Of a DNA stretch of 64,000 bases, positions 35,108 through 49,008 are shown piece by piece. The stretch comes from Auanema rhodensis. Lineage: Eukaryota; Animalia; Nematoda. Each line of letters opens with the position of its first letter. Within the stretch, counting starts at the first letter, position 1. Made by a program: the position numbers and the translations under genes. The stretch is from the NCBI GenBank assembly GCA_964057225.1, contig OZ059900.1, positions 13,826,001-13,890,000 on the forward strand. Direction: 5' to 3'. The notes beneath the pieces were generated by a model, which was given only the letters and a program-made list of their open reading frames with translations, was not told where the DNA came from and made no database searches.

Positions 35108-38100
35108 CTAACTATAAGAATAATTATGCCATGAACCATGTCCTTGCGGTTGATAAGGAGGTTGGGGACCAGATGGCGGTTGTTGTTGTTGTTGTTGTTG
35201 TTGTTGCTGTTGTTGTTGTTGTTGCTGCTGTTGATGTTGCTGCTGCTGTGGAGTTGGCTGATACCCTTTCAAGTTTCCAGCGTATGATCCTGCCACTGCT
35301 CCTTGAGGTTGAAAATTGGGCTGATTAGGATCGTTCATTTCAGAAGTAGGTTGACCATACCCTGAGCGAAATGAATTGGCTGGATTGAAACTCTCCCCAC
35401 GATTACCTGCTGGAGTAATAATGTTCATCTTTCCAGATTGTTCCTGACCACCAGGCTGTGAAGGACCTTTTCCACTTGGCATGGTGTACATGCCACGCTG
35501 TTGTGGATGAGATTGCATGGCTCCGCTGGGCATTGAAACAGGAGGAGGATTACCTCCACTACCAGCTCGCTTATTCATATAAGCTTCATGATAACTACTT
35601 CCCTGTTGTTGAATATTTTGTTGTGGATGTTGAGGAGGTATTTGAGGGTGTTGAGGTTGATGTTGATGTATTTGATGTTGCTGTTGTTGTGGCGGTTGAG
35701 ATGGATTTTGTATACCTGAGCCGTATAGTCCAGGCGGCTGTGCGTTGTGACCATCAACCTGAGATTTAGAATATCGGTTCTCTCCTCCAGATGGGTTTGA
35801 ACGTACCGGGGGCAATGCTCTGTTGTGACCAGCTGGCATTTGTTGGGCATTATGACTGGGATGTCCAGCAGGAGGCATCTGTTGCGGATGCCCTGGATGT
35901 TGAGAAGGCTGCATTTGACCAGCGTGATTATTGTGTGCTGACTGATGTGGCATATGCGCTTGGTGAGGGTTGGGATGTTGAGGAGGTTGATGTTGTTGCG
36001 TATGACCTGCATGAGATGGTTGTGGCATTTGTTGTGGATGACCACTATTAGGTGCAACTTGCATGTGCCCCCCAAGAGGTTTCTGGAGCTGACCTGGTTG
36101 ACCGGACGGTAATGTCTGTGACCCTGTTCCATGAGATGATCCAGGCAGATGCGGGGCATGACCTAGATGTTGTTGATGAGATGCATGAGCTGGAAGAGTC
36201 ACACCAGATTGAGCTGATTGTGGATTTCGAACACCGTGCTGACCTACACCAGGCTGCTGAGTTGATTGAGATTGTTGATGATGTTGTGCTGTCTGTGCTT
36301 GAGCTTGCTGTTGTTGTTGCTGAATATGGAGAGCATGCTGGTTATGCTGCATATGCGCAGGGTGATGAGGTTGCTGTTGTTGCTGTTGTTGCTGTTGCTG
36401 TTGCTGTTGTTGCTGTTGTTGTTGTTGTTGCTGTTGTTGCTGTTGTTGCTGTTGTTGATGTTGTTGCTGTTGTTGCTGCTGCTGCTGTTGCTGAGTGAGA
36501 AGTTGATGTGAAGGATGTTGAGTTGGATGGTGCTGCGGTTGAGAACCCGCAGGTTGAGATTGTTGCAAATGATGAGGGTGTTGCGGGTGTTGAACGAGAG
36601 ACGGATGTTGCTGTCCTTGAGGCGGTTGTTGCATGTGGCTATTTGGCATATGCCCTGATTGTTGTCCAGGTGGAACATTTTTCGTAGCTTGTGGATTATG
36701 TTGCTGAGAAGATTGTTGATAAACCGTATTAGGATTTTGTTGCTGTTGTTGCTGCTGTTGTTGTTGGTTTGGAACCATATGAGGGTGTTGTTGCTGCACT
36801 TGATGAGCATGATGAGCGTGCCCAGGATTCACTTGCTGGACAGGCGGATGTTGTTTCTGAGTACTTTGTTGCTGCATAGAATTTTGCACATTGATTATAG
36901 GTGGACCTGAACTCATATTACGCTGTTGTTGGCCAGGATGCTGAGGTGGGGGTTGTTGCGGATTCTGGCCGTATGGATGAGCTTTTGTAGGTGTTAGATG
37001 ACTAGCTGCATGTGAATAACCGGGAGGTTGTGGAGGTTGCTGATGCTGATCAGTTCCAACTTGCGTATTCTTTTGAGGAGATATATGGCGGTTAGGCATG
37101 CCGGGCATGTTAGGATTTATTGAGCCGCTGATATCTTCCCCTTCATGAGCACCATGTTGATATTTAGGTGGAGAATTCATCCTAATACCACTGGCCAAAT
37201 TAGATCCAGAACTATTGGAGGATCCTTGCGTTCCGGGAGTATTAGAGTTGGGGCCAGGTCGCATTTGTCTGTTTAGATGAATGTTATAATTAGCTTCCGG
37301 ATTGAATCCTTGCTGGGGCTGACTACCCTGTTCCTGGGAAGGCGCATTGAATGGAGGTGGCCCATTATTAGGGAAAGTTCCTTAATTATTGAAAATAAAA
37401 CATAGACTTAAGTTCATTTGAATAGAGAGAAAGGCATGCTATGTACGAATGCATGTGTTAATTGAAATAGGAGTTAGAAAACAAACCTGATTCACCAGGT
37501 TTATCAAATAATTTCCTAGCTGGCTGTGGTTGGCCTTGTGCCGGATACCCTGCTCCTGCCTTTTGATCTGGAACATTTACCTGTACATTATTTCAATATT
37601 ATGTTTACTACCGTGCTGTTGTTCTCTGACTTCCATTCGTCTAGTAATAAAGTTATGAACTTTTTCACGAGAAGATGAGGGTAAAGATGCCTGAAAATGC
37701 TACTGTAACACAGTAAATATTTGAAAATCAATACCGCAGGCTGTTGAGCAGTCTGTTGATTATACATCTCATGAGTGTAAATACCCGAACCCGCCTGTCG
37801 TTCATTTCCAATACGAGATGGCTGTTGATTATGATACGTGTTTGGATGCATCATGCCAGGGTTATCTGATTGCTTTTCAGGTTCACTGCTTTCAGATCCA
37901 GTTTTATTGGGTGTTCTATTAATAGGAGGGTTAACACCAAAGTTTGGTCCACTGTTTGGTCCCATAGCATTTGGTGTTCCCGTACGACCACCACTTGCCG
38001 TGAATGCTGGGTCATGGTGAGATTGAGCCCATCCTGGTGGCTGAGAAACATTTGACATCACAGAAGTTGGAGGATTGGCACCTCCGGCAGCTGCGTTATC

Positions 38101-41100
38101 ATGAGGTTTACTCTATAATTTTAACATCAGTATGAAAACAGACAAACGAGCGAACCTTTTTTGTTTTGGGAACACCTTGTCTACCTCCTTGGTTCTGATT
38201 TATTTGTCGCTTTCTGCCACGACTAGAAGGTGGTCTTTCTTGACTTCCTCTTGTAGTTTTTGTGTCGGTTACTTCAGTTGGTGTACCAAAGGTTGAGCCG
38301 CTCGTATCCATAAGACTTTCGTTGCCGGAAGAACCAGGAGTTTCCTGCAAAATTTCATCAAATGTTCTGCACAATGAACCACTACCTCTTTTTTTATTTC
38401 TGATCTTGATTTTACTGGTGTTTTAGTTGGAGTTGTGATTGGCGTTTTCGAAATTTCTGACGAAGTAGTCATAGCAGTGGAGGTCACGATTGAAGTAGTA
38501 GCAACTGATGCGGGGATATCTGATGTAGAAGCTGTAGTCGTCGTCGATGTTGCTGTTGTGGTTGTCGAAGTTGTTGTTGTTGAGCTTTCTTCTGTTTTGG
38601 CCGTCTTTTCATCTTTATCCTGTACAAAATAAAAATAAAAAAATGAAATTGTTAAAATAATTCGAATTACTTTAGCTGGTGATCCTTTTGGAGTATCAAT
38701 TGTCTTTTCAACATCAGGAGGAGTTAAGAATACGTCAACAGGAGAGTCTTGTGTGGTTTGTAACTGTAACACACCTGTGAGAAAATATGATCTAAAGTAA
38801 ACATACTAATAATGGTCTCTTGCTCTCAAGCTGATGCTTATGTGCAGCCCATTTCCAAATAGTTTTTTGAATTGGGAATGGAACTCGTTCGTATTTTTGT
38901 GGCTAGAAAAAAATTTCTTGTACTCATGAAATTTCAATGGGAATGGTACCTGGAACATTGACCAACGCCAACCACCTCTCTGATTAGGATCAGGAATATA
39001 ACCACAGATAAAATCGTATGCTGTTAATTTGCTGTTATCAGCAACTTGCAACGATGGTTTTCCGCTAGTCACAATAGTAGGAGCTTGCAATGATGAGCCC
39101 ACGACAGTCTTAACAAATTTATGATGAATGCCCACAAACTCAGATATACCTTTGTTCCGTGTGGTTCAACAATTGGAATACGATGCACAAATTTGAAAGC
39201 AGGGAGATGAGCAACCAAGTCCAAGAAATGTCCAACATTTCTACGATCCGTAAGATCTTTCTAAAGACAATATAAATAAAATTTGAATAAACTGATAAAC
39301 TGCCTTCATTTTCTTCAGAATTGTTGAATAGTATGGGAAACGTAAACGAGCTTCGTTGTTATCAGTGACACTTGCTTGTTGAGAATCACTATCCAATACA
39401 GCCCACATCAGAATTGTAGACAGCTTGTCATAAATTATGTCATAGAGTGGTCTTAAAGTTAATAAGAACAATTAGACTTAAAACTTTCAAAAAATCAACC
39501 TTTCATTATCTTTACTGATCATTCCACTAAGCAGTATTTGGGCCAACAGAATAGCCCAAGCTTCAGCATGAAAAGTAGAGCAAATCTATAATTAAAAGAT
39601 AACTTTTCAGTCTATTTTAATGTCTTACATGTGGAAGCATTCTACCAACAAGTATAAGTCGTAGTATGACGCCTTCTTTATACATAGTAAAATTAGGTAA
39701 TGACATATTAATAAGAGAATTCTGAAAATTGTTTTTGAGATTAATATTTCTGAAATGTATACCTCTTTTCGCTTCATCACTATATCATTTAACTGTCTGA
39801 ATATTGATTGTAAAAGATAATCTTTGCTATCTTTTCCGTATGATCCTCTATCTCTATCAATGCAGTTGAGAATTAAATTCACAAACGGTGGCTGTTGAAG
39901 GTACCAAGCGCTAGAATAACTAAAATCAGCTATTCAACAAAGTTACGCAACTATCTTCCTACCTTTTTGAGTTTTTATCAAATTCCAATAATATAGCAGC
40001 TGCTTTCAAAAATTTGCCAGAAACTGTCATAGGTTGAAAAGCTGTTGGAACATTTTTAGGTTCGGGACATAATTTTATAAAAATAGGCAAAAGCCAAAAG
40101 TTTGTTATATGAGATAAACGGAAGTTATCTTCTCGCTAAAATTAGAAAAAAAATAGAATATAGATTCATATTGATCATACCGGAGCATTTGTAAGGCAGC
40201 AATTACTCTTCATTGCTGTAGTGAAGAGATCGCGTACGCTCTTAGCGAACTCTGTCATCAGTGCATCAGCAGCAATGGCACCTTGTTGTTGGTGCTTTTG
40301 TGCTCCTTCAGGTGAAATCTGAAAATTAATTAATCTATTTTCTGAACAATTTTTGGAATAACATACCTCTTTGATCATTAGTTTGATATCATAAATAGTT
40401 GCTCTCATATTCCAAAAATTCATAACACTAAGTAGCTTATCAATCAAAGCTCTCTTAGAATTACTATTGCAGACAGTTAACTGATTCATAATTTCCTTTT
40501 CGCTTCCGCGTCTTATTCCTAGACGTAAAAGTTGTTGGCCCTACAAAAACATATTATTTCTATCAACAAAACAGAAGAAAAAGCATACCAAACAATTTTG
40601 TTTCAATCGTTCATGATTGAAAGCTTCCATGTTATTCGTCTCTGCAATTTGGTACATTCGATAAGTGACCCATTCTTGCTCAGCTATTGTAATGATAACA
40701 GTTTTCAATATTATCATCAAATATTCTCGTCGGTAGATGGATGAACCTGTTTCGTTAGTCAATAGGTAGCTGAAAAAAAAGCAATTAAAAACAATCCTCA
40801 TTACAAGAAAATATATTCATTTCTGGGAAAAAAAAAGTGCAGTGAAGTGAAACATGAAACACGACACATAAATCACAACACAATACAGAGCACTGTTTGT
40901 ACAGAAACTTACTTTTTGTCATATACTTCGATATCAATTCTGAATTATTAAGAAAATATTGAAATATGCATGTTATATTAATTTTAAGCACAGCGAGAAT
41001 TCATTTTCATAAATTGTAAAACTAACTCTGCATCTTTATAACGGCAACGAAGAACATCTTGTAAAATGTTGATATTACTCAAAAGAGGAAAAATGATTCG

Positions 41101-44100
41101 TGACATTTTGGTCCAATGCTGAAGTGCAAGAACTTGTTCTTCAGATGTTTGTTGTAACGTTTTCATTTTGATCGTATTACCATTATAGTGTGGCGACACT
41201 AAAATGACAATTTAAAACATTATATGAATACATTTTCTTACTTATGAATGGCTCATCAGATTTGGCGCATAGTTTAGAGCAAATTAACAAAGACAAGCAA
41301 AGACCAGCCTCATAATCATCGTCTCTCGTGTCTGAAACAAAAACTCTATTATTACAATACTACAATAAACATTACATTCTGTCCAAGCATCTTTAGCCAT
41401 TATAGGTGGAAATACTATGCGTACTAATGAGTCACATAGATGGTTAATATTCAACGCATACTTAGCTCCCAAAAGCATGACAAATGTTGATATACCGTAA
41501 TGCGTGTTGCAGCATTTGACCTGTCAAAAACATCCGTATATCAAGAAAACAATTACAATGCAACTCACATCTATATATTCCCTTATTTCTGCATAGCCAG
41601 TGCTCAAACTTCCCAAACATAATGATGTAATAGCAGCAATCCATTCGTCTTTCAATTCCGGAATTTGAGATGTAATATTAGAGCAAAAAGTAGCCAAATC
41701 AGATACTTTATCAAAATCTCGGTCTACTTTCTAGAAACAAACTTCAATGAATACTCTCAAAGAAAAAAACTAACAGATGCTAAAGTCAAGGCATGTATTA
41801 CAAATGAATAACGATTTCTCTTTTCCGCAAATGAATTAATATGCTTTTTATAATCATGATATGAGCATAATCGTCTGAAATTAGAGATCATTAAATCGAT
41901 AACAATAAACTTTCACTCACAGTGATTTGGATTGAAACATATCGAGCATGAATATATCGTTTAAAATAATAGGCTCGTCCATCTCAGAATGAGGACTATA
42001 CTGATACTTTTGATTTCGTAATGTTACGGTTCCTTTCAATGCATTGAATTGTTCCTTAAATTACAAAATTAGATAACAACAAATAAAATCAAACGAACAT
42101 GTCTCCCTTTTAAAGCTTGACGAGTTTCGAACAAAAATCTAATAATTGTTTCGGCCCAAGCAGTCCACGGATGGCCTTCCGCATACATGATTTTATAAAC
42201 AATTTTAAACATTCTAAAATTTTCATGATATTATTAAAAAATAGGTGCATATCCTCACAAATTATATATTGTTGCAGCATATCCACTATGTATAAAATAT
42301 AACCAGTGTTTTGACAAATAGCCAACAAACGAGAAGCAAAGTTGGCAAGAGATCGCTCCCGGAATAACATCCGTTCCATAACCACGTACTGCTCTTTCTA
42401 CTTCAGGAAGCATTGGAAGCATCTAAGAAACTCGAATTTGAAAAAAAAAATTGTAATTTGTTGTACCATCAGAGCAAATTCAATGATTCCAAATAAGTAC
42501 TTAGATTCTTCGTACATTATACAGACAAACTCAATACAATCAGGAGTTGGTAGAGTATTCATTTCTTCATCAATGAAGCTTTTCACAGCACTACATAAAT
42601 CCTTACAGCACCAACCACACATAACAGCTTGGTCATGGTAGGTATGTTTTCTGTAAACAATCAACAACTGAACAGTTTTGAATGAGTATTCATACCTATA
42701 TCTACTGAGAAGCTCATCCACCTTGTGTGCATTGAATCTCTTAGGTAATCTTATTTGGTCCTCATCATCATAGAAAGAGTAATGAGCTTTCTTTTGCCAC
42801 AATTTACAAATTTCTTTTGCAATTTTCCTTAGCTCCACACGATGACTCTCGCGATCATCTTCCATGCCATAAAGAAACAGAGTTCGTTGGGTTTCTTCTG
42901 CATAAAACTCTTCAGTTTGAGGTAATGCAACCTTCAATCAAAACGTTATAAAACTCAAAAAAATAAAAATGAAAATGAACCTGAATCAGCATTCTATGCT
43001 TATACCACATGTTTGGTGGATCGGCTTGAAGCGGACGTTCATTTCTCATGATAGGTTTTGGAAAAATCAAAGGCATTGTCTCCTTTAATGGTGGATTAAA
43101 CGAATCAAAATGAATACTAGGCTTTTCCTCTTCGTCCTCTTCTTCTTTAATTGTCATCTAAATTGTTCAATGTCATTTGATAGATTCGAATAAAAAAACT
43201 TTTTCTTCTTCCATTTTCACATCGCTCTTAACAAATCCTTCATAACTTCTGAATATGGGCATCAAATAATTGCATTCAGCATTAGCGATCATGGTTTTCA
43301 CAAACCAATCGTGACTGAATAATTCGATACGCATCATTTCGTTTATAAGCAACATTAAGTTATCAAATTCATGCTCATAATGTTCGGAGCCAGGCTGAAA
43401 ACGTTAAATTGCAAAAACTTATATTTTCATATTCTTACGATAGGAGCTTCCGACATCCAGTAAATTTCAATCAAATCAAGCATTGTTAATCCACGGAAGT
43501 TATTCGTCTCGTTTACCTCCAAATATCTACCGATAACCTAAAATCAATTAAGTAAATGAATTTTCAATTCAGAAAATAGTAGAAACCAACCAAAGCAGCC
43601 ACAGCCCCACGATATGTTCCTTCTCTATGATATGAAACAGCCCATTGCATTATAATTTTGATTCTTAAGATTATATCTTTTGGCTTCATATTTTTCGAAA
43701 AATTCCATATGGCAGAAGCAATGGTATCGATAGCTTTAGGATGAAATAGATCAGTAGAATCAAGATTATTCAGAATATCCAAACAATCCCCAATTTGTCT
43801 TGCTAAAAATAAAAAAAATAAAGAGAACTCATTATCGCGAATTACAAAAAACAGCAAGATTATCTTCTTCTACATTCCACTGATCCCTGATTGCTTTACT
43901 CCTCCTTTTGATATCAACACTAACAACATCAAAAATGCGAGAGCAAGATTCCTTGACTTAAATTAAAATGTTAGTATATAAACCAATTTAAAGTTTAAAA
44001 GAAAAACTAACCTTTTCCATCCCTCTTGATCAAAGAAGTCAGGGGACAATTCAAGAAACTGAGAGGAGAAGCAGAAAGTTGTGTAAGAACAAATGGATTT

Positions 44101-45924
44101 TTAGGATCGGCAGACTGCAAAAATAAGAGTAGGTCATTAATAAGCAATTATACATACAAAAAATGGATTCCAAATAACAGAATTAGGACATTCTGCTACA
44201 ATATACTGAAGCATATTTGAAATTATTTCTAAATTAACATCCCGCAATCCACAATTACATTCGTCATTTTCTGTATTGTCAGTTTCAGTAACAGAAAATC
44301 TGAATTAAACACATTAATTTTATAATTTTTTTTCAATCAATATTCACCCTTCATAATTATTTCCGGATATTTCTACTTCCATTTGTTCTGTAAATGACTC
44401 AGAACCAGATGTATAATTAACTCCCATTTGATTCGCTTGCGATTCTTGGCGTTGTGTAAAATTTTCACAATATTTAGGAAGACATGTCTTTTCCTCATCC
44501 TAAATTTCAAATTAATATATCGTTTGAAAAAATGATCTCACCTTTAACATACTTATTTTACAACATAACATATGTGCAGCTCGCCGAGCTAATAATGTAT
44601 TGAGAGGTAAATACCTCAAAAACCTTGCAAAAAATACAAGAAATAGCCTTAAAATACAGTTGTATGACAACTAAAAATTTCAATTGGTCACCTTAAAATA
44701 ATTTGGTTATCGCGCATTATATCATCCATTTTACGAAGAAAAAATTCTGTAAATATTTCACATACATCACTTGTGAGGTCCTGCCTTTCAAGAACGCCCA
44801 GCTAAATTTTGTTTTTACATATCGTCATCATGTTTATCTTACCGTTACAGCTTCTAATGCCAGCGTTGTCATATATATCCACTTATCCCGTAAGTTCTCA
44901 AACATAGTAATGTCTTTATTTAAGCTCATTTGGTTTAAAATTTCTAGCAACATGGAAGAAATCATATTACGATATTCTGAAACAGTTATTGTTAAAAAAT
45001 TTTCTTCTTGATCGCTTGCCTGAACTAAAACCTTCATTTGGTGATTTTTTCGTTCTTATCTGTGGATTGTTTGCTAGAGCAGCAGTTATCTTCATTAACC
45101 AAAGAGCTCGAGATGTAGGTATTCTTTAAACAAATTAGCCTTATATTTTTTACTTCAAACCATACTTGTATTTATATAGCAATGATAACATTTCTTCTCG
45201 TCTTCGATTCATACATGGTATGCGTTTGGAAAGTGTTACTAATGGTTTACCTCTTGCCAAATCCGTAAACCATTGTTGTCGTTCACGTATCTGTATATTT
45301 AAATTTGAAGAATTGAAGTTTGTAACTTCAAGAATTCCCTACATTTCCTGCAAACACAGCCGAAGGAGGTGCAAACTGAGCTGTACCATCTTTGGACTTT
45401 CTTTTTTCTCTTTCATAATTTGTTGTTGCTTCAAAACGTTTTTTTACGCACTGAAAGGTTTGTGATAATTTTTATTTTATTTTAGTATTGATTACACATA
45501 CCACAGCTATGAGACTAGCAGACTTGAATAGCATCTGATCCACTTTTTCAACTTTGTCCCGCAAACTGTTTGGTGGAGCATGACCCTGTCGAATTCTTTC
45601 GCGCTCACGTTCATAACGATCATTTCGTAAAGTTCCAACATGAGAGTCATATTCAAATGATGATACAGGAAACTAAAATATCAACATTTTGATTGAAAAA
45701 ACATTGTAGTATCTACCATATAACCCCTGGTTAATCTCGGATTGCTCAAGACATCTTCTTCTTGTTTTAAGTCTTGGGGGTGCACATCTGGTGGTCCTAA
45801 AAGATTAAAGCACATGAATCATAGCAAAATTATTGGATGAATACTAACCTAATCTATGCTTTCGCAACGGCCTTTTCTCATATGTGATAGAATTCCAGGT
45901 ATTAACATTAGCACGCATATTCAT
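35108..45924 (-). CDS. dpy-22: Mediator subunit MED12 (DPY-22/SOP-1/MDT-12) with Q/P/H-rich C-terminus
   Basis: N-terminus ITYEKRPLRKHRLGPPDVHPQDLKQEED; WFTDLARGKPL..LSKRIP; QWAVS.HREG.YR; ELFSHDWFV; IMSVLDKL-type region with MNFWNMRAT; large Q-rich last exon 37380-35108. Confidence 0.95.
35180..35248 (-). repeat. CAA/CAG polyglutamine repeat in MED12
   Basis: TGT/TGC triplet run on the + strand. Confidence 0.9.
36371..36493 (-). repeat. CAA/CAG polyglutamine repeat (~40 codons) in MED12
   Basis: TTG/CTG triplet run; translates as a Q tract with one H. Confidence 0.92.
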
Positions 45925-47038
45925 TTTTCTTAGCTTTTATTTGTATTTATGTATTTATAATAATATTAATATTTCATTCCTGAAAAAAATTTTGATTTTT
46001 ACACGCTTGATAACTTGAACGATGAAAACGAATCGTTAAGTTTCTAAAATGCATGAACAGTAAGATGTAAATCTATGAACGAGATGTATATTCTATTATA
46101 AATATAATAAAAATCTTTTTAAAGAATCAATCATTTAATTGTTTTTGAGTAAATGAGTTTACAATGGTTCCTATTCATTAAAAAGATGAGGGAAAAAATG
46201 TTTTCAAACAAAAAAAAAACAGTTTCTTAGATGTTTAAAGGTCATGATGACATTCTCGAAGCAAAATATCGATTTAGTGAAGATATAATCATAAGATAGC
46301 AGAGAGCAAATTTTACAGAAATAAGTAGAAAAAATGAGTCATACCGAATGGAAAACATAAAAATGTATAGATTTCTTATGAATATTATCAGAGATAATTT
46401 AATTTGAAATGGTTGACATTTCTCGCGCTCATTACTGTGCGTCATTTAAGCGCGCCGCGTCATTCATAGTGCGCACTTTGAGGTGGGCGCATTTGCGGTG
46501 CTGACTCATCATTAGTCATTAGAATGTACCGGCTTTTTTAGATATTCGGAAAAAAGTAGGCATAAACAATGGATAGAAGAATACTACAAAAGAAAAAGAG
46601 ATAGTAAGAAAAATTTTGGTTCTCACATCATGAATGTTTTTTTTTGTTCCGCAGACATATATTGTGTTTCACAACAAACTAAAACAAACATTGTGATATG
46701 ATATTCATATGGGAATCTTGATGAGACAGGCATTTTACTATTCTTATTCAAGATAGTGAGTATCAAATCTTTACTATATATATCATATCTTAACATTTTT
46801 TTCTAAATTATATGCAGAGTATGTAGGCGTTATAGCATACGACAGTTATCTTTGATTCTTTTCACATTTGCATATTTACTGAACTAAATGCATTGAAATC
46901 AGTTTAAACTGAATATGCAACAAATGAATAATAAAAGTGCGTAGTTACCATTTCAAAAGAAGATATAGTCGCTATGACAAGACGTTATTAGTGATTCCGT
47001 GAAAAAAGTAATTCTTCACTTCATTTCTTCTGCTGCAT

Positions 47039-48946
47039 ATGGTTGCTGGCACTATCTGGTTATCGAATACATTTTTTTATACACTTTTTTTTTATTTTAT
47101 TTCCACTATAAACTCAGCTCCGTGTATATGTGAGAATGATAGAACAGTTCTATGCACATTCGAGGTGTGTTAATAATTTTGATATCAAAATAAATTCAAA
47201 ATGTTACAGATCAATGATGGCATTCTTAGATCGGACAACTGTTTATGTGGCGCAGGCTTCGAGAAAGTTTTTGAAACTAGCGGTCTTAATGTGATTGTAC
47301 AATGCAAACAAATAAATGGTAACAGTAAAGTAGTATAAAAAATAAGAAAAGTTTATAACAGAAGAAGAAAAACAAAGTGAAGCAAAGTTAAAACAAGCTG
47401 GGTTAATGAGATGTTACGCAAATTCTATGGATAAAACTTGGGAAGATATTACAAAAGTAAATAATGTCATCGATATGTTTAATTAACTTTTTTTCTCAAA
47501 ATAGTATTTGCTGATAGCTGGCGGAGCTTGGATAGTACTATGGTGTATTGCATCTATACTAATCAACATTATGCATAAGTATTATATTTTTTATCAGTAA
47601 TATTGTCATTTCTTTATTCGAAACTTGCAGAAATAAAGGGCATCATCGATACCTACAGTTTTTTCAAGAGCTTTTTATCATTATTTTGATTATAGCAATT
47701 TGTGGTGTTAACCGCTTTTTTCCCGAAAAACAGGTAGATAAACCAAATATCTGCAAGACAAAATAGTACTGTTTTAGCTTATTTGTAAAATAATAACTAT
47801 TGTAAGCCATTTCTTTATGGTTTCAGCAGCAACAGCTTTTTTTCTGGAAGCAATTTTTGCTCATTCGTAAGCTATTTTCTCATAAATCATAATAAATGAT
47901 TAACACAAATATTAAAAACGAATATTGATTATAGGATGATTCAAGGAAGTTCAAAGAAGAACGGAAAGTTACCTGTATTTTTTAATTACATTATACCTCT
48001 AATCTTACCTGCTTTACCTGCTGGACTCACATACTATTTTGAGAAGGATAACTACGGTAGCAGTCTGATACAGTATGTCTCATGTTTGATTCATTTTTCT
48101 AACTTCTAAATGCAGCTGTTTTGTTTCATTAACGCAACATATGATGTGGGGCTTTGTAATACCAACATGGATATTAATTTCTGCGGCTATAGTGAAAGCG
48201 CAATTAGGATGCTTGTCATGTGATAAAACAAATAAAGATCAGAATGAAGCACAGTGCTTTTGGGCAAAGTAAAACAATTTGAATATATGATTGCTAAAAA
48301 TAATTTCATTTATTAGGCGATCATCTAAATCTCTAAGTATCGTTGCTGGAGGACTTTTCTCAATTTGGCTGTTAACAATGCATGCAATTGATCAATATGT
48401 AAGCATTTATTTCGAAAAAAATAACATAAAATATTTTATTAAAGGTTATTTATCTGTTTATTATTGACTTTGTTCTCTGCTTTCTATATGGACCTATTTT
48501 ATTTATTTGCCACACATTTTGCCATGAAAATGTAAGAAAGCTTAATTTTAACACAGAATTAATGTAATTGAAGACCTGTAAAAAATGGGAAAAACCTGGC
48601 TGTTTTGGGCGAATGTACTACATATGTCCAATTCAAAAATCTGAAGTTATTATTAAAACAGAAATTGTATACACCTCTAATCCTGATAATGTTCCTGAAG
48701 TGAGTTATTTACTAATATGATAGGTTTTAAGTAATTTTATTAAGCTAAAGCAAACAACTAACCAGGCAGGCAGACCTTCGAGAGGTTATCAATCTTCTCC
48801 TATGGTCTGGGGATTATTTACATTTTCGAATTATTGAAAAGATTTTACAGATTAATGATTCTCAACATACTACAGCACAAAGTTTCTATTCTTGGTTAAT
48901 GGATCCGTACTCAAATGAAAATATACTTTTCAATCGTTCGAGATAA
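47039..48946 (+). CDS. Class B / adhesion-like 7TM protein with short Cys-rich ectodomain
   Basis: Spliced by eye: signal-like N-terminus, PCICEND..LC..NCLCG..QC, TM1 YLLIAGGAWIVLWCIASILINI, TM3 LICKIITIVSHFFMVSAATAFFLEA, ECL2 NYG...SCFV, TM5 MMWGFVIPTWILI. Ends SFYSWLMDPYSNENILFNRSR*. Absent from the ORF track. Confidence 0.75.
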
Positions 48947-49008
48947 AATATTTTAATACAGACTACAACAGTTTATTGATTGTGGAATGTTATATGAAAT
49001 AAAGTGTA

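Noticed and set aside
35035-36910. Long poly-Val/Leu/Asn ORFs overlapping the MED12 last exon
   Set aside because: They are alternative-frame or antisense shadows of CAA/CAG repeats.
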